Below, in pieces: positions 1-10,047 of a stretch of DNA of 64,000 bases. This DNA is from an uncultured Clostridia bacterium (lineage in GTDB: Bacteria; Bacillota; Clostridia; TANB77; CAG-508). The number at the start of each line of letters is the position of its first letter. Within the stretch, counting starts at the first letter, position 1. A program made the position numbers and the translations under genes. The notes beneath the pieces are model-generated. The model made no database searches. It worked only from the letters and a program-made list of their open reading frames with translations, and had not been told where the DNA came from. The stretch lies in NCBI GenBank assembly GCA_963931155.1, contig OZ006978.1:131357-195356 (forward strand). The letters are read 5' to 3'.

Positions 1-939
1 TAAAGCATCTCCATTTTTTCTTGCCTCAAACTCCTCAATTGTCTTTCTATTTTCTCTTTGCGTTTTTCCTTGCTCATCATCATTACTTATTACATAATCA
101 ACATTAATATTTTTATTAACCTGTCCAAAAATTTCATTTACATGAGACATTTTATCAAACATCTCTTGTCTATCGGTACAAAAAACAATATATTTTCCAT
201 TCTTTTTCGTCATGGCCTGTTCTATAATATCAGATAAGCCTGGTGCATTATTTATTATTGCATTTAATTTCTCAAATTTTTCTAATAATTTTTGCCTTCT
301 ATTTTCATCCTTAGTTAGTTCAATCGCTTCTCTTAATTCTCTAGCATAACCTTGTAATTCAGAAATAACTCTAACATATTTAGCACCATTTAAAACTACT
401 TCTCCTTCTTTTTGACCACTAAGTGCATCAGTTAAACTCATTTCATAAACTACATCTTCTCCAAATCTTTCATATGCCATATTTCTTTTATCTGTTCTCT
501 CTGGAGTTGCAGACATTCCGATTATCTTTGCAGAAGGATTTGCTTCAATTAAAGAATCTATTCCTTGTTCCCATTTTTCAGCACCCATTCTATGAATTTC
601 ATCAAATACAATTATATCTGGATGAATATCTGCAATATCTCTGGCTAAAGCAATTTTTTGATAGGTTACAGCTCTAAAATTAGGCATAGTTTTTTTGCTT
701 ACGCCTTCTCCGTCTAATATATAAATACTAATATATTTTTTTATTTGGTTAATTATTTCAATATTAGGGCTTACATATAAAACTGTTTTATCTGGATTTT
801 CTTCTATATATTTAAGGACAGGAAAACTTTTTCCGCACCCAACAGGAAAAACATATGCTGCTCTTCCTTTTTCCTCCAAAGCTTTTTTCATTAATTCATA
901 TGCCCTTTGTTGATGTCTATATACCAAGTTTACTGGCAT
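1..939 (-). CDS. SF2 DEAD/DEAH-box helicase, N-terminal part (C-terminus lies beyond window start)
   Basis: Minus-strand ORF starting ATG at 937-939 behind AGGGAGAAAG RBS; Walker A GCGKS, DEIH (DEAH) box, MSATPERT (SAT-like) motif; not in ORF track because it has no stop inside the window. Confidence 0.7.
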   Translation of the reverse strand, partial: MPVNLVYRHQQRAYELMKKALEEKGRAAYVFPVGCGKSFPVLKYIEENPDKTVLYVSPNIEIINQIKKYISIYILDGEGVSKKTMPNFRAVTYQKIALARDIADIHPDIIVFDEIHRMGAEKWEQGIDSLIEANPSAKIIGMSATPERTDKRNMAYERFGEDVVYEMSLTDALSGQKEGEVVLNGAKYVRVISELQGYARELREAIELTKDENRRQKLLEKFEKLNAIINNAPGLSDIIEQAMTKKNGKYIVFCTDRQEMFDKMSHVNEIFGQVNKNINVDYVISNDDEQGKTQRENRKTIEEFEARKNGDAL

Positions 940-959
940 AACCACTTTCTCCCTTTACT

Positions 960-998
960 ATAATAAAAAGATTGGCAAATAAACTTTATCCAATCTTT
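960..998 (-). terminator. hairpin plus U-rich tail between 72-aa gene and helicase gene (partial terminator)
   Basis: AAAGATTGG...CCAATCTTT stem followed by TTATTAT on the minus-strand transcript. Confidence 0.35.
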
Positions 999-1016
999 TG
1001 TTGACTAAATATATTT

Positions 1017-1235
1017 TTATAATTCCATTTCATCTTTAATTTCCTGTACTAATAAAGTTGGATCAATTGTTTCTTCTTTTCCATTATCTAACTTATCCTC
1101 TTTTTTAGCAAGTTCTGCTTCTGCAATTCTTGCAACTAATCTCCCTGCTGTTTTTATTCCTTTAATAGTATCTTTAACTCCTAACTCATTAAACTCATTT
1201 GATGCACCAGTAAGACTTCCTACTAAACCACTCAT
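1017..1235 (-). CDS. hypothetical small protein (72 aa)
   Basis: ORF whose start overlaps the upstream gene's stop (ATGA), implying translational coupling; no recognisable motif. Confidence 0.45.
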   Translation of the reverse strand: MSGLVGSLTGASNEFNELGVKDTIKGIKTAGRLVARIAEAELAKKEDKLDNGKEETIDPTLLVQEIKDEMEL

Positions 1236-1777
1236 ATTTTAATTTCCTCCATATTACTCACAAAATCTTTAAATATATCTAAATATCTGTTATCTTTATC
1301 TTTTAAATTTCTATACTCTAATAAAACTAATGCCTCATCTGGTTTAAAAGCAATTCTTTCTGGTCTATCTAAAAGCATACCTCCAAACTGATCTGTTAAT
1401 TCTAAAACATCACTTTCCTTTTCTCTAGGATCTAATTCAGAATATCTATTTACTCCTTCGCAAATTCTACAAAATCTCTCGTCAAATCCTAACTTAGCTA
1501 AATATTTTGCTCCGTCTTTTGCAAACGATTTAATTTTAGATAAGTCTTTAGGAAGTAAATCCTTCTTACAACTCCATAGCAAACTTGCAGTTATTGTAAG
1601 ATTTTTATCAACATCCAGATTTGTTTTATCCAAAAAAAGTTTTGTAAGCAAAGTTTTAAAAACAACTGAATTATCAAAAAATATATTAGTTTTCTTTTGT
1701 AAGTAAAAAACTATTTCCATTTTTTTTATCCAATTTTTTTCAGACAATATATAATCTGCAAACGTTTCTGTACTCAT
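1232..1777 (-). CDS. hypothetical protein (181 aa)
   Basis: ORF with coding-like composition, first gene of a 2-3 gene minus-strand unit; no motif recognised. Confidence 0.5.
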   Translation of the reverse strand: MSTETFADYILSEKNWIKKMEIVFYLQKKTNIFFDNSVVFKTLLTKLFLDKTNLDVDKNLTITASLLWSCKKDLLPKDLSKIKSFAKDGAKYLAKLGFDERFCRICEGVNRYSELDPREKESDVLELTDQFGGMLLDRPERIAFKPDEALVLLEYRNLKDKDNRYLDIFKDFVSNMEEIKI

Positions 1778-1954
1778 GTTCTTCCCCTCCTACATAAGGC
1801 TTATCCTATTGTTCAGCTCGGTATTTTTCTACAAATATTATATTCTAAGATATAATTATTTTCAATATTGTTACGCAATTGTAATATTTTTGTAATATGA
1901 GTGTAATATTGGCATAATTAAATAATTATATAAAATGCTGTTAGTTTTCATAAT

Positions 1955-2530
1955 TTAATAGCCATTATATATGGTCAGATACATTTGATAATTTTTAAGT
2001 ATTTTTTTTACATAATTGCTTGTTTCTTTATATGGTATATTTTCTATATCTGAGCCATCACTTTTTATAATTCCATCTTTAATCCATTGTTCAACATTCC
2101 CAAGTCCAGCATTATATGCTGTAATAGCTAAAACTACATTTCCATCATAAAGGTTTAATAAGTATGATAAATATGATGTTCCAAGTTTTATATTAGTTTC
2201 TGGGTCATATAGATCATATGCTTCAACGGAGTTATTTTCTATAATATTCGATCTTTCTACTGCTGTTTCCTCCATAAGTTGCATCAATCCTCTAGCATCA
2301 CTTGCTGATGTAACATCTGGATTAAAATTACTTTCTGCTTTAATAGTTGCATACACCAAATATTTATCTAATCCATTTTGCTGTGAATATTTTTCAACAT
2401 ATTCAGAATACTTAGTTGGATATATTGATTTAAGTATAATCTCTTGAACTTTTATAACTTTAAATAAAATAAATATAATTAATAAAATTATAATCAAACC
2501 TGTAATAATCTTAATTGTTTTTTTGGTCAT
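1955..2530 (-). CDS. membrane-anchored lytic transglycosylase (SLT domain)
   Basis: N-terminal TM helix; catalytic ES motif (AESNFNP), GLMQLM and AYNAG signatures of family 1 lytic transglycosylases. Confidence 0.85.
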   Translation of the reverse strand: MTKKTIKIITGLIIILLIIFILFKVIKVQEIILKSIYPTKYSEYVEKYSQQNGLDKYLVYATIKAESNFNPDVTSASDARGLMQLMEETAVERSNIIENNSVEAYDLYDPETNIKLGTSYLSYLLNLYDGNVVLAITAYNAGLGNVEQWIKDGIIKSDGSDIENIPYKETSNYVKKILKNYQMYLTIYNGY

Positions 2531-2544
2531 CCTTCTCTCCTTTG

Positions 2545-5259
2545 TTATTTTGCTTCATACCAATTTTGAGCTTCAGAAATTTCTACTTTTAATGGTATTT
2601 TTAATTTTACTCCATTTTCCATTTCATGTTGTAAAATCCCCTTTACCTTATCTACAATATTCTTATTACATTCAATTATTAATTCATCATGTACTTGAAG
2701 TACAATTTTAGCATCTAATTTTTCTTCTTCTAACTTCTTATATACATTAATCATAGCAATTTTCATAATATCTGCAGCAGTTCCTTGTATTGGTGTATTC
2801 ATTGCAGCTCTTGAGCCAAACTGTCTTACCATATAATTGTTTGACGAAAGCTCAGGAATATATCTTCTTCTATGAAATAATGTCTCTACATATCCTTTCT
2901 CTTTTGCACTTTCTACTATGTTTTCCATAAACTTTTTTATACCTTTGTACTTTTCTAAATATTGCTCTATATATTGCTTTGCTTGCTTTCGTGATATGTT
3001 CAATTGCTCTGCTAATCCAAAATCACTTATACCATATACAATTCCAAAATTAACTGCTTTTGCAGATGTTCTTTGTTCTTTTGTAACCTCATCTATTGGA
3101 ATATCAAATACTTTTGATGCTGCTTGTTTATGTATATCTTCATCATGCTTAAAAGCATCTAGCATATGCCTATCACCAGAAATATGAGCTAACACTCTAA
3201 GTTCTATTTGTGAATAGTCAGCATCAATGTATATATAATCCTCCGCTGGTTTAAATACCTTTCTTAATTCTTTTCCAAGTGCATATCTTGTTGGTATATT
3301 TTGCAAATTTGGTTCTGTACTACTAATTCTACCCGTTGCTGTAATTGTTTGATGAAAATAAGAATGTATTCTTTTGGTTTTTTCATTTATATATGGAATT
3401 AACCCTTCAACATAAGTTGAATTTAATTTCATTAAACTTCTATATTCTAATATTTTTTCAATTACTGGATGTTTATTTTTTAATTTTTCTAAAATATCTA
3501 CATCTGTAGAATATCCAGTTTTTGTTTTCTTATATACTGGTAATTTTAATTTTTCAAATAAAATTACTCCCAATTGTTGAGTTGAATTTATATTAAATTC
3601 TTCATCACACAATTCGTAAATTTCTTTTTTTATAACATCTATCTGCTCTTTTAATTTATTTCCAAAATCCACAAGTTCTTGTTTATCAACATACATACCA
3701 TTTGTTTGCATTTCTCCCAAAACTTTAACTAGTGGCATTTCAATATTATTAAATAAATCTAATGAATTTACACTATTTAATTTTTCTAAAGTTTCTTCTG
3801 CTATCTTAGATATTAAATAAGATTTAAACCCAAATATAAATTTATCATTTTCGTTTTCTTCCTGTCCATCATTAAATAAATTTAATTGTTTATTTTTAGG
3901 TTTTTCTTGTTCATACTTACCTATATACTCACCTACATCAATATTCAAATATTGCTGTGCTACATTCTCAATTGAATAATTATTATTCGTAGGATTTAAA
4001 TCATATGCGGCAATTTTTACATCATAATATATATTTTTCATCTTAATTTCCATCTGTCTAAGCATAACATAGTCTTCTGATAAATGATAACTATATTTTT
4101 TAATTTCTTCATTTTCAAATATTTCAGTAAAAATATTTTTAAATTCACTATCATTTATTTTTAAATAATATGATGTATTTTCTTCTTTTATATATATTGC
4201 TATTGCTTTAATATCTTTTTTTATTATTTTATCTTTATTTTCTATTTCCTCTTTATTTAACAAATATATTAATTCTTTGTATTGCTTTATTTTATCAATT
4301 ATGTTTGATATATTGTCAAGATTAATTTCTTCTATCTTTACTAAATCCGATACATCCTTTTCTTGTTGTTCAGCTTGTAAACTAAATCTTTCTATAAATC
4401 TATTAAAATTAAGTTCTTTAAACTTTTCAAAAACTTTTTCTTTATCCCATTCCTTAACTTTTAAATCATCAATTTTTTCTTCCATTGGTACTTCTCTGTT
4501 AATAGTTCCTAAGGTTCTTGAAAGGAAAGCTAAATCTTTATTCTCTACTAATCTTTCTCTTAGTTTTCCTCTTTCAGTATCTGTACCATTTTCAAGCTCT
4601 TTATATAAATTATCTATAGATTTATACTTTTTTACAAGGTTAATAGCTGTTTTCTCACCAACACCTGGCACTCCAGGAATATTATCAGAAGTATCGCCCA
4701 TGAGACCTTTTACTTCAATTAATTGCTTAGGCGTTACACCATATTTTTCTTTTATTTCTTTTTCACTAAAAGTATCAACCTCTGTTTTACCCACTTTTGT
4801 ATGTGGAATTCTTACAGAAATTTTCTTAGTTGTTAATTGAAATGTGTCTCTATCACCAGATACTATAGTAACATCTAATCCAGCTTTTTGCCCCATTAAA
4901 GATAAAGTACCTAAAACATCATCCGCTTCATATCCTTCTTTTTCAATAATAGTTATATTCATAAGTTGAAGAATTTCTTTAATCATTGGCATTTGCTCTG
5001 CTAGTTCGTTTGGCATACCCTTTCTTGTAGCCTTATAACCCTCATATAATTTATGACGTGCAGTTGGAGCCTTTAAGTCAAATGATACAGCCATATAATC
5101 TGGATTTAAATCATCAATCACTTTAAACATAATTGCTAAAAAGCCATATACTGCGTTTGTATACTTTCCATCAGATGTTGTAAGCATTTTAGTCCCCATT
5201 ATACCATAAAAAGCTCTATTCATTATACTATTTCCATCTATTAAAACTAATCTAGACAT
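2545..5259 (-). CDS. polA: DNA polymerase I
   Basis: 904 aa; N-terminal 5'-3' exonuclease (MSRLVLIDGNS...), Klenow-type polymerase motifs (DYSQIELR, QVHDEL). Confidence 0.95.
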   Translation of the reverse strand: MSRLVLIDGNSIMNRAFYGIMGTKMLTTSDGKYTNAVYGFLAIMFKVIDDLNPDYMAVSFDLKAPTARHKLYEGYKATRKGMPNELAEQMPMIKEILQLMNITIIEKEGYEADDVLGTLSLMGQKAGLDVTIVSGDRDTFQLTTKKISVRIPHTKVGKTEVDTFSEKEIKEKYGVTPKQLIEVKGLMGDTSDNIPGVPGVGEKTAINLVKKYKSIDNLYKELENGTDTERGKLRERLVENKDLAFLSRTLGTINREVPMEEKIDDLKVKEWDKEKVFEKFKELNFNRFIERFSLQAEQQEKDVSDLVKIEEINLDNISNIIDKIKQYKELIYLLNKEEIENKDKIIKKDIKAIAIYIKEENTSYYLKINDSEFKNIFTEIFENEEIKKYSYHLSEDYVMLRQMEIKMKNIYYDVKIAAYDLNPTNNNYSIENVAQQYLNIDVGEYIGKYEQEKPKNKQLNLFNDGQEENENDKFIFGFKSYLISKIAEETLEKLNSVNSLDLFNNIEMPLVKVLGEMQTNGMYVDKQELVDFGNKLKEQIDVIKKEIYELCDEEFNINSTQQLGVILFEKLKLPVYKKTKTGYSTDVDILEKLKNKHPVIEKILEYRSLMKLNSTYVEGLIPYINEKTKRIHSYFHQTITATGRISSTEPNLQNIPTRYALGKELRKVFKPAEDYIYIDADYSQIELRVLAHISGDRHMLDAFKHDEDIHKQAASKVFDIPIDEVTKEQRTSAKAVNFGIVYGISDFGLAEQLNISRKQAKQYIEQYLEKYKGIKKFMENIVESAKEKGYVETLFHRRRYIPELSSNNYMVRQFGSRAAMNTPIQGTAADIMKIAMINVYKKLEEEKLDAKIVLQVHDELIIECNKNIVDKVKGILQHEMENGVKLKIPLKVEISEAQNWYEAK

Positions 5260-5283
5260 TTTAAATTATCTCCTTTTGTAAAT

Positions 5284-6735
5284 TTATCTTTGCAATTTTA
5301 CTACATCACTCTTTGCAAAATATTTTTTTAAGTTATTTGTAGTTAATTGTAAAATTAATAGTAGTGCTATAATTATTCCTACAAAATAAATATCATAAAT
5401 ATAGCTTTCTACTTTAAACATATAAATACTATTTGCAATTTGTGCAAACAAACTTATTCCTATAATATTTCTTATCATATTTGGCTTTTGCCACATCAAA
5501 CTTGCAAATATCCATATTATATACCATTGTTGGAAAGTGCCTAAAATTAATGAAAATAATATTAAAGCAGTATTATATTTTCTAATAATTTTACTCCACT
5601 TTATTTTTTTGGTAGTTAACAAATCTATGCAGAATTTTATATAGTAAATAAAAAATACTGTATACATTATGTATTTCAATGGTTTTAACATATTTGGCAT
5701 TACAACATAAATTGATGAATATATAGATTTTGCATATTTTTCTGTTTGTACAAGCATTGCAGATAATATACTAAAATCTTTAAAATAAATTAAATATTCT
5801 AATGCCAAAATTAGTATAAATAATAACCCATATTGTATGCATTTTGCAAATCTTTTTCCTAAATTTTCTTCTTTTCTAAAAAAGTATATTATATATACAG
5901 GCAATAGTAGTACTGTAAAATACTTGATTCCTGTTGCAATGCTTAAGAAAATTATACTAGGTATTATTTTTTTCTTTCTTAATAAAAAATATAATGATAA
6001 AAGTATGAAAAATACTACAATTATATCATTATGTACATTTCCAATATATTCTATAAAAATAAATGGATTTAAGCCGTATAGTTTAGCAAAAAATTTTCTT
6101 TTAGTAATTTTATACACTAAATACGTATTTGCAATATGTATAAGTAAATTTACAAGCTTAAATATAATAATTGCAACATCAACATTTTTAAATGACAAAA
6201 CTGAGCAAATTTTAAAAATAGTCTGAGCAGTAGGTCCATATATTACAGTTGTATTACTCCAACCATTTTCTGCACCTTTTTCTAATATCTCATCATTTAT
6301 ATTTTCCTCATTTGTATCATAATAATCTTTTACAGTTGTGTAATATGGATTTTGTTTGTATACTCCATCTAATTCTCCAACTCCCATATAATAAAATATA
6401 TCAGAAGATGTCCATGGCAACATAAACATGAATATAATTCCTATAATTCCTACAAAGATTAATATTTGTTTTATATTTTTAAATATATCTTTTCTTTTTG
6501 TTATTAATATATATACTATAAATATTGTTAAAAACAAAACTATAAAAACAATTGCTGGAATCATTTTATTTACATCATTATTTAAAAAGAAATTATAATA
6601 TGTTTTAAAGTTCATTATAGTTTTATTTTGTATTATATATATTAAGGAAGGAATAATGAAGCATATACTTAGTAATATAAACAATGATTTTAATATATTA
6701 TCTTTCATCTTCTCTTTTTTAGTTTCTTGATTCAT
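5284..6735 (-). CDS. polytopic membrane protein, GT-C-fold glycosyltransferase-like (paralog A)
   Basis: About 12 predicted TM helices; acidic/aromatic first external loop (TSSDIFYY...NPYY); long collinear similarity to 10048-11520 (VIYGP...NVDVAIIIFKLVNLLIHI...LYGLNPFIFIE..NVHND). Confidence 0.5.
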   Translation of the reverse strand: MNQETKKEKMKDNILKSLFILLSICFIIPSLIYIIQNKTIMNFKTYYNFFLNNDVNKMIPAIVFIVLFLTIFIVYILITKRKDIFKNIKQILIFVGIIGIIFMFMLPWTSSDIFYYMGVGELDGVYKQNPYYTTVKDYYDTNEENINDEILEKGAENGWSNTTVIYGPTAQTIFKICSVLSFKNVDVAIIIFKLVNLLIHIANTYLVYKITKRKFFAKLYGLNPFIFIEYIGNVHNDIIVVFFILLSLYFLLRKKKIIPSIIFLSIATGIKYFTVLLLPVYIIYFFRKEENLGKRFAKCIQYGLLFILILALEYLIYFKDFSILSAMLVQTEKYAKSIYSSIYVVMPNMLKPLKYIMYTVFFIYYIKFCIDLLTTKKIKWSKIIRKYNTALILFSLILGTFQQWYIIWIFASLMWQKPNMIRNIIGISLFAQIANSIYMFKVESYIYDIYFVGIIIALLLILQLTTNNLKKYFAKSDVVKLQR

Positions 6736-6807
6736 TTTTTCTCCTATAATAATTATTCATTCTTTTATTGCACTTTTCTTTTATATTATTTTTTTATGTA
6801 GATAGGT

Positions 6808-7341
6808 TTAATGTTTTTCTTCAAAAGGATCAAATCCACCTTTTCCATAATATTCGTGAAATTTTACTTCATTTCCTCTTAAAAATGGATTTATATAATC
6901 ATAATAATAAACATTTACTTGAAGAAACGAGTTTACCACAGCAACATACTTTTTATTATTCTTATATATTACATGCTCTGGTCTATCTAATATAGCTACT
7001 GTAAAAAATCCCAGAAGTGGTCCTATTAAGCATAATATTACTATAATAAATACAACTATCATAATTATTACCGACTTTAGTATTTTATTTGTATGATTTT
7101 TTATTATCTGTACAATTCCTAAAATAAGACCTAGTAAAAGTAATATAACTATTACTTTGTATACCCAAATTCTAAAAGTAATAGAAAATACTATATTTAA
7201 TAAAAAGTTTAATAAAATAAATAATAATAGAACCATGAGTGTGAAGACTAAAATATTTTTTCTTATTTTAATTAATAATTTTTTCATTTTGATATCTCCT
7301 TTTATACTAAGCAGATTATTTTCTTTGGTATAAAATTTCAA
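6808..7341 (-). CDS. hypothetical membrane protein
   Basis: Several hydrophobic helices; start may be the internal MKKLL; no motif. Confidence 0.4.
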   Translation of the reverse strand: MKFYTKENNLLSIKGDIKMKKLLIKIRKNILVFTLMVLLLFILLNFLLNIVFSITFRIWVYKVIVILLLLGLILGIVQIIKNHTNKILKSVIIMIVVFIIVILCLIGPLLGFFTVAILDRPEHVIYKNNKKYVAVVNSFLQVNVYYYDYINPFLRGNEVKFHEYYGKGGFDPFEEKH

Positions 7342-7422
7342 GTTTTTAGCCTTTTTTAAAATCTAAAATTTTCCTTTATATATAAAGGTTTGTCCGTTTT
7401 TATGGCTATAATATATAACCTC

Positions 7423-8481
7423 CTATTGTTTATTTTCTCTTTTGTTTAATTTCTTGGTATTCAACAAAAGTTCATCAAAATCCGATATATAAATTCTGTC
7501 CTGTATTACTCTGTATTTTTCAAACTCTGTTTCAGCATGAATTTTTGCCATCTCTGCTGAAATTTTTCCATTGTCTTTTAAAATTTCATGATCCCATAAT
7601 TTTAAAAATCCATTTAATCTTTCTTCCCAATCTGCCATTGTCATTGGAATATGTCTCATAGCTTGCATTTCTGCTAAATCCAAATATGCAGATACCATTC
7701 TTTCTAGTTGCCCTATTTCTTTTTCAGATAAATAGTTTTTGGCAACAATAACATCATATTTATGTATTTTGCTGTTAGGAGCTCCTTCCCAAGAAGTTAA
7801 CCCCATGTGTTCTTTAGTACTATCTGCTCTATTATAAATTATTTCGGCAGCAGTATTCCCAGATACTGCATAATGTAATTTGTTTTGAACTGATGTAAAA
7901 AATCTAATTGTAGCTTTTGCTGTTTTATCATAATCAATTGAAGTTGCATAAATATCAGTAATTTTTTGATAAAATTTTCTTTCTGACATTCTTATTTCTC
8001 TTATACGTTCTAATTGCTCTTCAAAATATTTTTCTGTTAAAATTGAGCCACCGTTTTTTAGACGTTCGTCATCCATTACCCAACCTTTTATTGTATAATC
8101 TTTTACAATTTGATTTGCCCATTTTCTAAATTGTACAGCTCTTTCATTGTTCACTTTAAAACCCACAGCAATAATCATTTGTAAATTGTAATGTGCAACA
8201 TTCCTTGAAACATCTCTATTTCCTTCTTTTTGAACTATCTCAAAATTTCGGATAGTTGAATTTTCTTCTAATTCATTATCTTCATATATTTTTTTAATGT
8301 GATAATTAATTGTTCTTACATCAACTCCGTAAACTGCTGCTAACATTTTCTGTGTAAGCCATATATTTTCATCTTCATATCTAACTTCTACTGATTCTGG
8401 ATTGTCTCCTACTGCTGCCACATAAATTAAATACTCAGCTGCACTGGAACGAATTGTTATTTCATTTTTCTTTCTATCCAT
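7423..8481 (-). CDS. RhuM-family virulence-associated protein (full length)
   Basis: WLTQKxM, YYNLxxIIxVGFxV, FRKWANQ, FYQKITDIYATSIDYD, SVQNKLHYA - signatures recalled for Pfam Virulence_RhuM. Confidence 0.75.
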   Translation of the reverse strand: MDRKKNEITIRSSAAEYLIYVAAVGDNPESVEVRYEDENIWLTQKMLAAVYGVDVRTINYHIKKIYEDNELEENSTIRNFEIVQKEGNRDVSRNVAHYNLQMIIAVGFKVNNERAVQFRKWANQIVKDYTIKGWVMDDERLKNGGSILTEKYFEEQLERIREIRMSERKFYQKITDIYATSIDYDKTAKATIRFFTSVQNKLHYAVSGNTAAEIIYNRADSTKEHMGLTSWEGAPNSKIHKYDVIVAKNYLSEKEIGQLERMVSAYLDLAEMQAMRHIPMTMADWEERLNGFLKLWDHEILKDNGKISAEMAKIHAETEFEKYRVIQDRIYISDFDELLLNTKKLNKRENKQ

Positions 8482-8501
8482 TCAATATCACTCCATTTCC
8501 T

Positions 8502-8822
8502 TTAATTTTTATAATTTACTGCTTTTACTTCATAATATGCCTTTAAACAATCTCCTTTTTTCTCTCCTTGTCCATCTCCTTCATCTACATACCAATACCA
8601 TTCTTTAATTACTTTTAAAAACCAACTTGTATATGGAAATCTTGCAGTAGAGCCAAAGGCATTCCAATCATCATCAGTTCCTTCAAAGATTCCTTTTGCA
8701 ATTTCTTTTATTGTTTTGCTTTTATAACTGTTAAAATGTTTTCTAATTGCATTTAAGCATTGTTCTTCTTCATAGCCTGCTCTTTTCAAATTTCCTTTAT
8801 CAAATATAAATTCCATTTTCAT
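8502..8822 (-). CDS. hypothetical protein (106 aa)
   Basis: ORF immediately upstream of and co-oriented with the RhuM gene (20-nt gap). Confidence 0.4.
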   Translation of the reverse strand: MKMEFIFDKGNLKRAGYEEEQCLNAIRKHFNSYKSKTIKEIAKGIFEGTDDDWNAFGSTARFPYTSWFLKVIKEWYWYVDEGDGQGEKKGDCLKAYYEVKAVNYKN

Positions 8823-8904
8823 AGATTTTATTTTCCTTTCATGACATATAAAACTCTACTGTTTTTTTATTTTTCCTCGCAACTCGTAATTTGTCTTTCT
8901 AATA

Positions 8905-9207
8905 TTACTTTATTAAATTTGTATAATATAAGATTTCTTTACCTAATTTTTTTGCATATTCTATCTCTAAATTTGTAGTATCTCCGATATAATTATTTAC
9001 ATTTACTACTAATATTGCATCAGCCAATTCTATTCTTTTAAAATGTTCTTCTTTTAACTTTTTTAGTTGCTCATCTGTTCTTTCATAATTTTCTAACACA
9101 GGATAAACTGGTGTAAGAATACAATTACTTTCTAAAGCCATTTTCTCTGCTGTTTCCATCATTTCTTTTTTAAACTTTAAACTTCCACATAATGTTATTA
9201 CTTTCAT
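8905..9207 (-). CDS. nucleoside 2-deoxyribosyltransferase-like small Rossmann protein (paralog 1)
   Basis: N-terminal KVITLCGS (compare KIYLAGP of NDT-like families), later acidic/Gly motif; shares start motif with 37421-37795. Confidence 0.4.
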   Translation of the reverse strand: MKVITLCGSLKFKKEMMETAEKMALESNCILTPVYPVLENYERTDEQLKKLKEEHFKRIELADAILVVNVNNYIGDTTNLEIEYAKKLGKEILYYTNLIK

Positions 9208-9391
9208 TTCTCAATCTCCTATATAAATTACTATTTATAACTACATCTTATTTCTTTTTTAAATCTTTTGAATAATATATCATATACAAATTAAATCTCC
9301 ATCTCTAATTTCTTCATCAGTCATATCTATAAAATAATTTTTTATTGTCTTTTCATATTTATCAAAACCTTGTTTTACATAGAAAAGAATA

Positions 9392-9958
9392 TTATATATT
9401 TTCTTTGTCCCTATTTATCTGCTTAGCATACCTATCTTCCTCTGAAAATATGCATCCGCAATATTTTTGCATATATAATCCAAGTTCTCTTGCTTTGGCT
9501 TGTCCTTCTCTAAATCCTACTCTGAAGTCTCTATATAAAAATGTTAATCCATATTTTTTTGCTAATGTTTCTCCAATTGTTTTTATTATGTCATGTTTTT
9601 GGTATGGACTAACTAAAAGAGTTGTTGTAAAACAATCATATCCATTCTCTTTTGCATACTTTGCAGTCTGCTCTAGACGAACTGGATAGCAATAATCTTG
9701 GCATCTAGTTTCTAAAGAGTTTACTACATTTTTGCAGAACTCATCTAGTCCATAATCTTCTTCAAATATTGCTTTTACATTAATTGATGCTGTATATTCT
9801 TTTAATGTGTCTCTTCTAGTTTTATATTCTATATATGGATGTATATTAGGGTTATACCAATATACCGTAGGTTCTATTCCTTCCTCTCTTAAAGAATCTA
9901 TGCAATACACACTACATGGTGCACAGCAAGTATGCATTAACAATTTCATTTTAGTCAT
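9392..9958 (-). CDS. queH: epoxyqueuosine reductase QueH (DUF208)
   Basis: LLMHTCCAPCS motif and conserved Cys pattern characteristic of QueH. Confidence 0.85.
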   Translation of the reverse strand: MTKMKLLMHTCCAPCSVYCIDSLREEGIEPTVYWYNPNIHPYIEYKTRRDTLKEYTASINVKAIFEEDYGLDEFCKNVVNSLETRCQDYCYPVRLEQTAKYAKENGYDCFTTTLLVSPYQKHDIIKTIGETLAKKYGLTFLYRDFRVGFREGQAKARELGLYMQKYCGCIFSEEDRYAKQINRDKENI

Positions 9959-10047
9959 CTCTTCTTTCTAAGTTTTAATTTTACAACTTTTTCTATTCTT
10001 TATTATGTCTTTTATTTTCTTCCTATAATTTTACTATATTTTTATAT

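Noticed and set aside
423-677. Plus-strand ORFs (423-677, 2523-2711, 2918-3187, 4277-4840, 5837-6226, 10781-11098, 12333-12854, 56186-56821 and similar)
   Set aside because: They lie antisense within well-supported minus-strand genes, have low-complexity Leu/Phe/Ser-rich translations typical of AT-rich shadow frames, and no RBS
9208-9391. preQ1 or other riboswitch upstream of queH
   Set aside because: No recognisable preQ1-I/II core or conserved hairpin was seen in the 180-nt AT-rich leader
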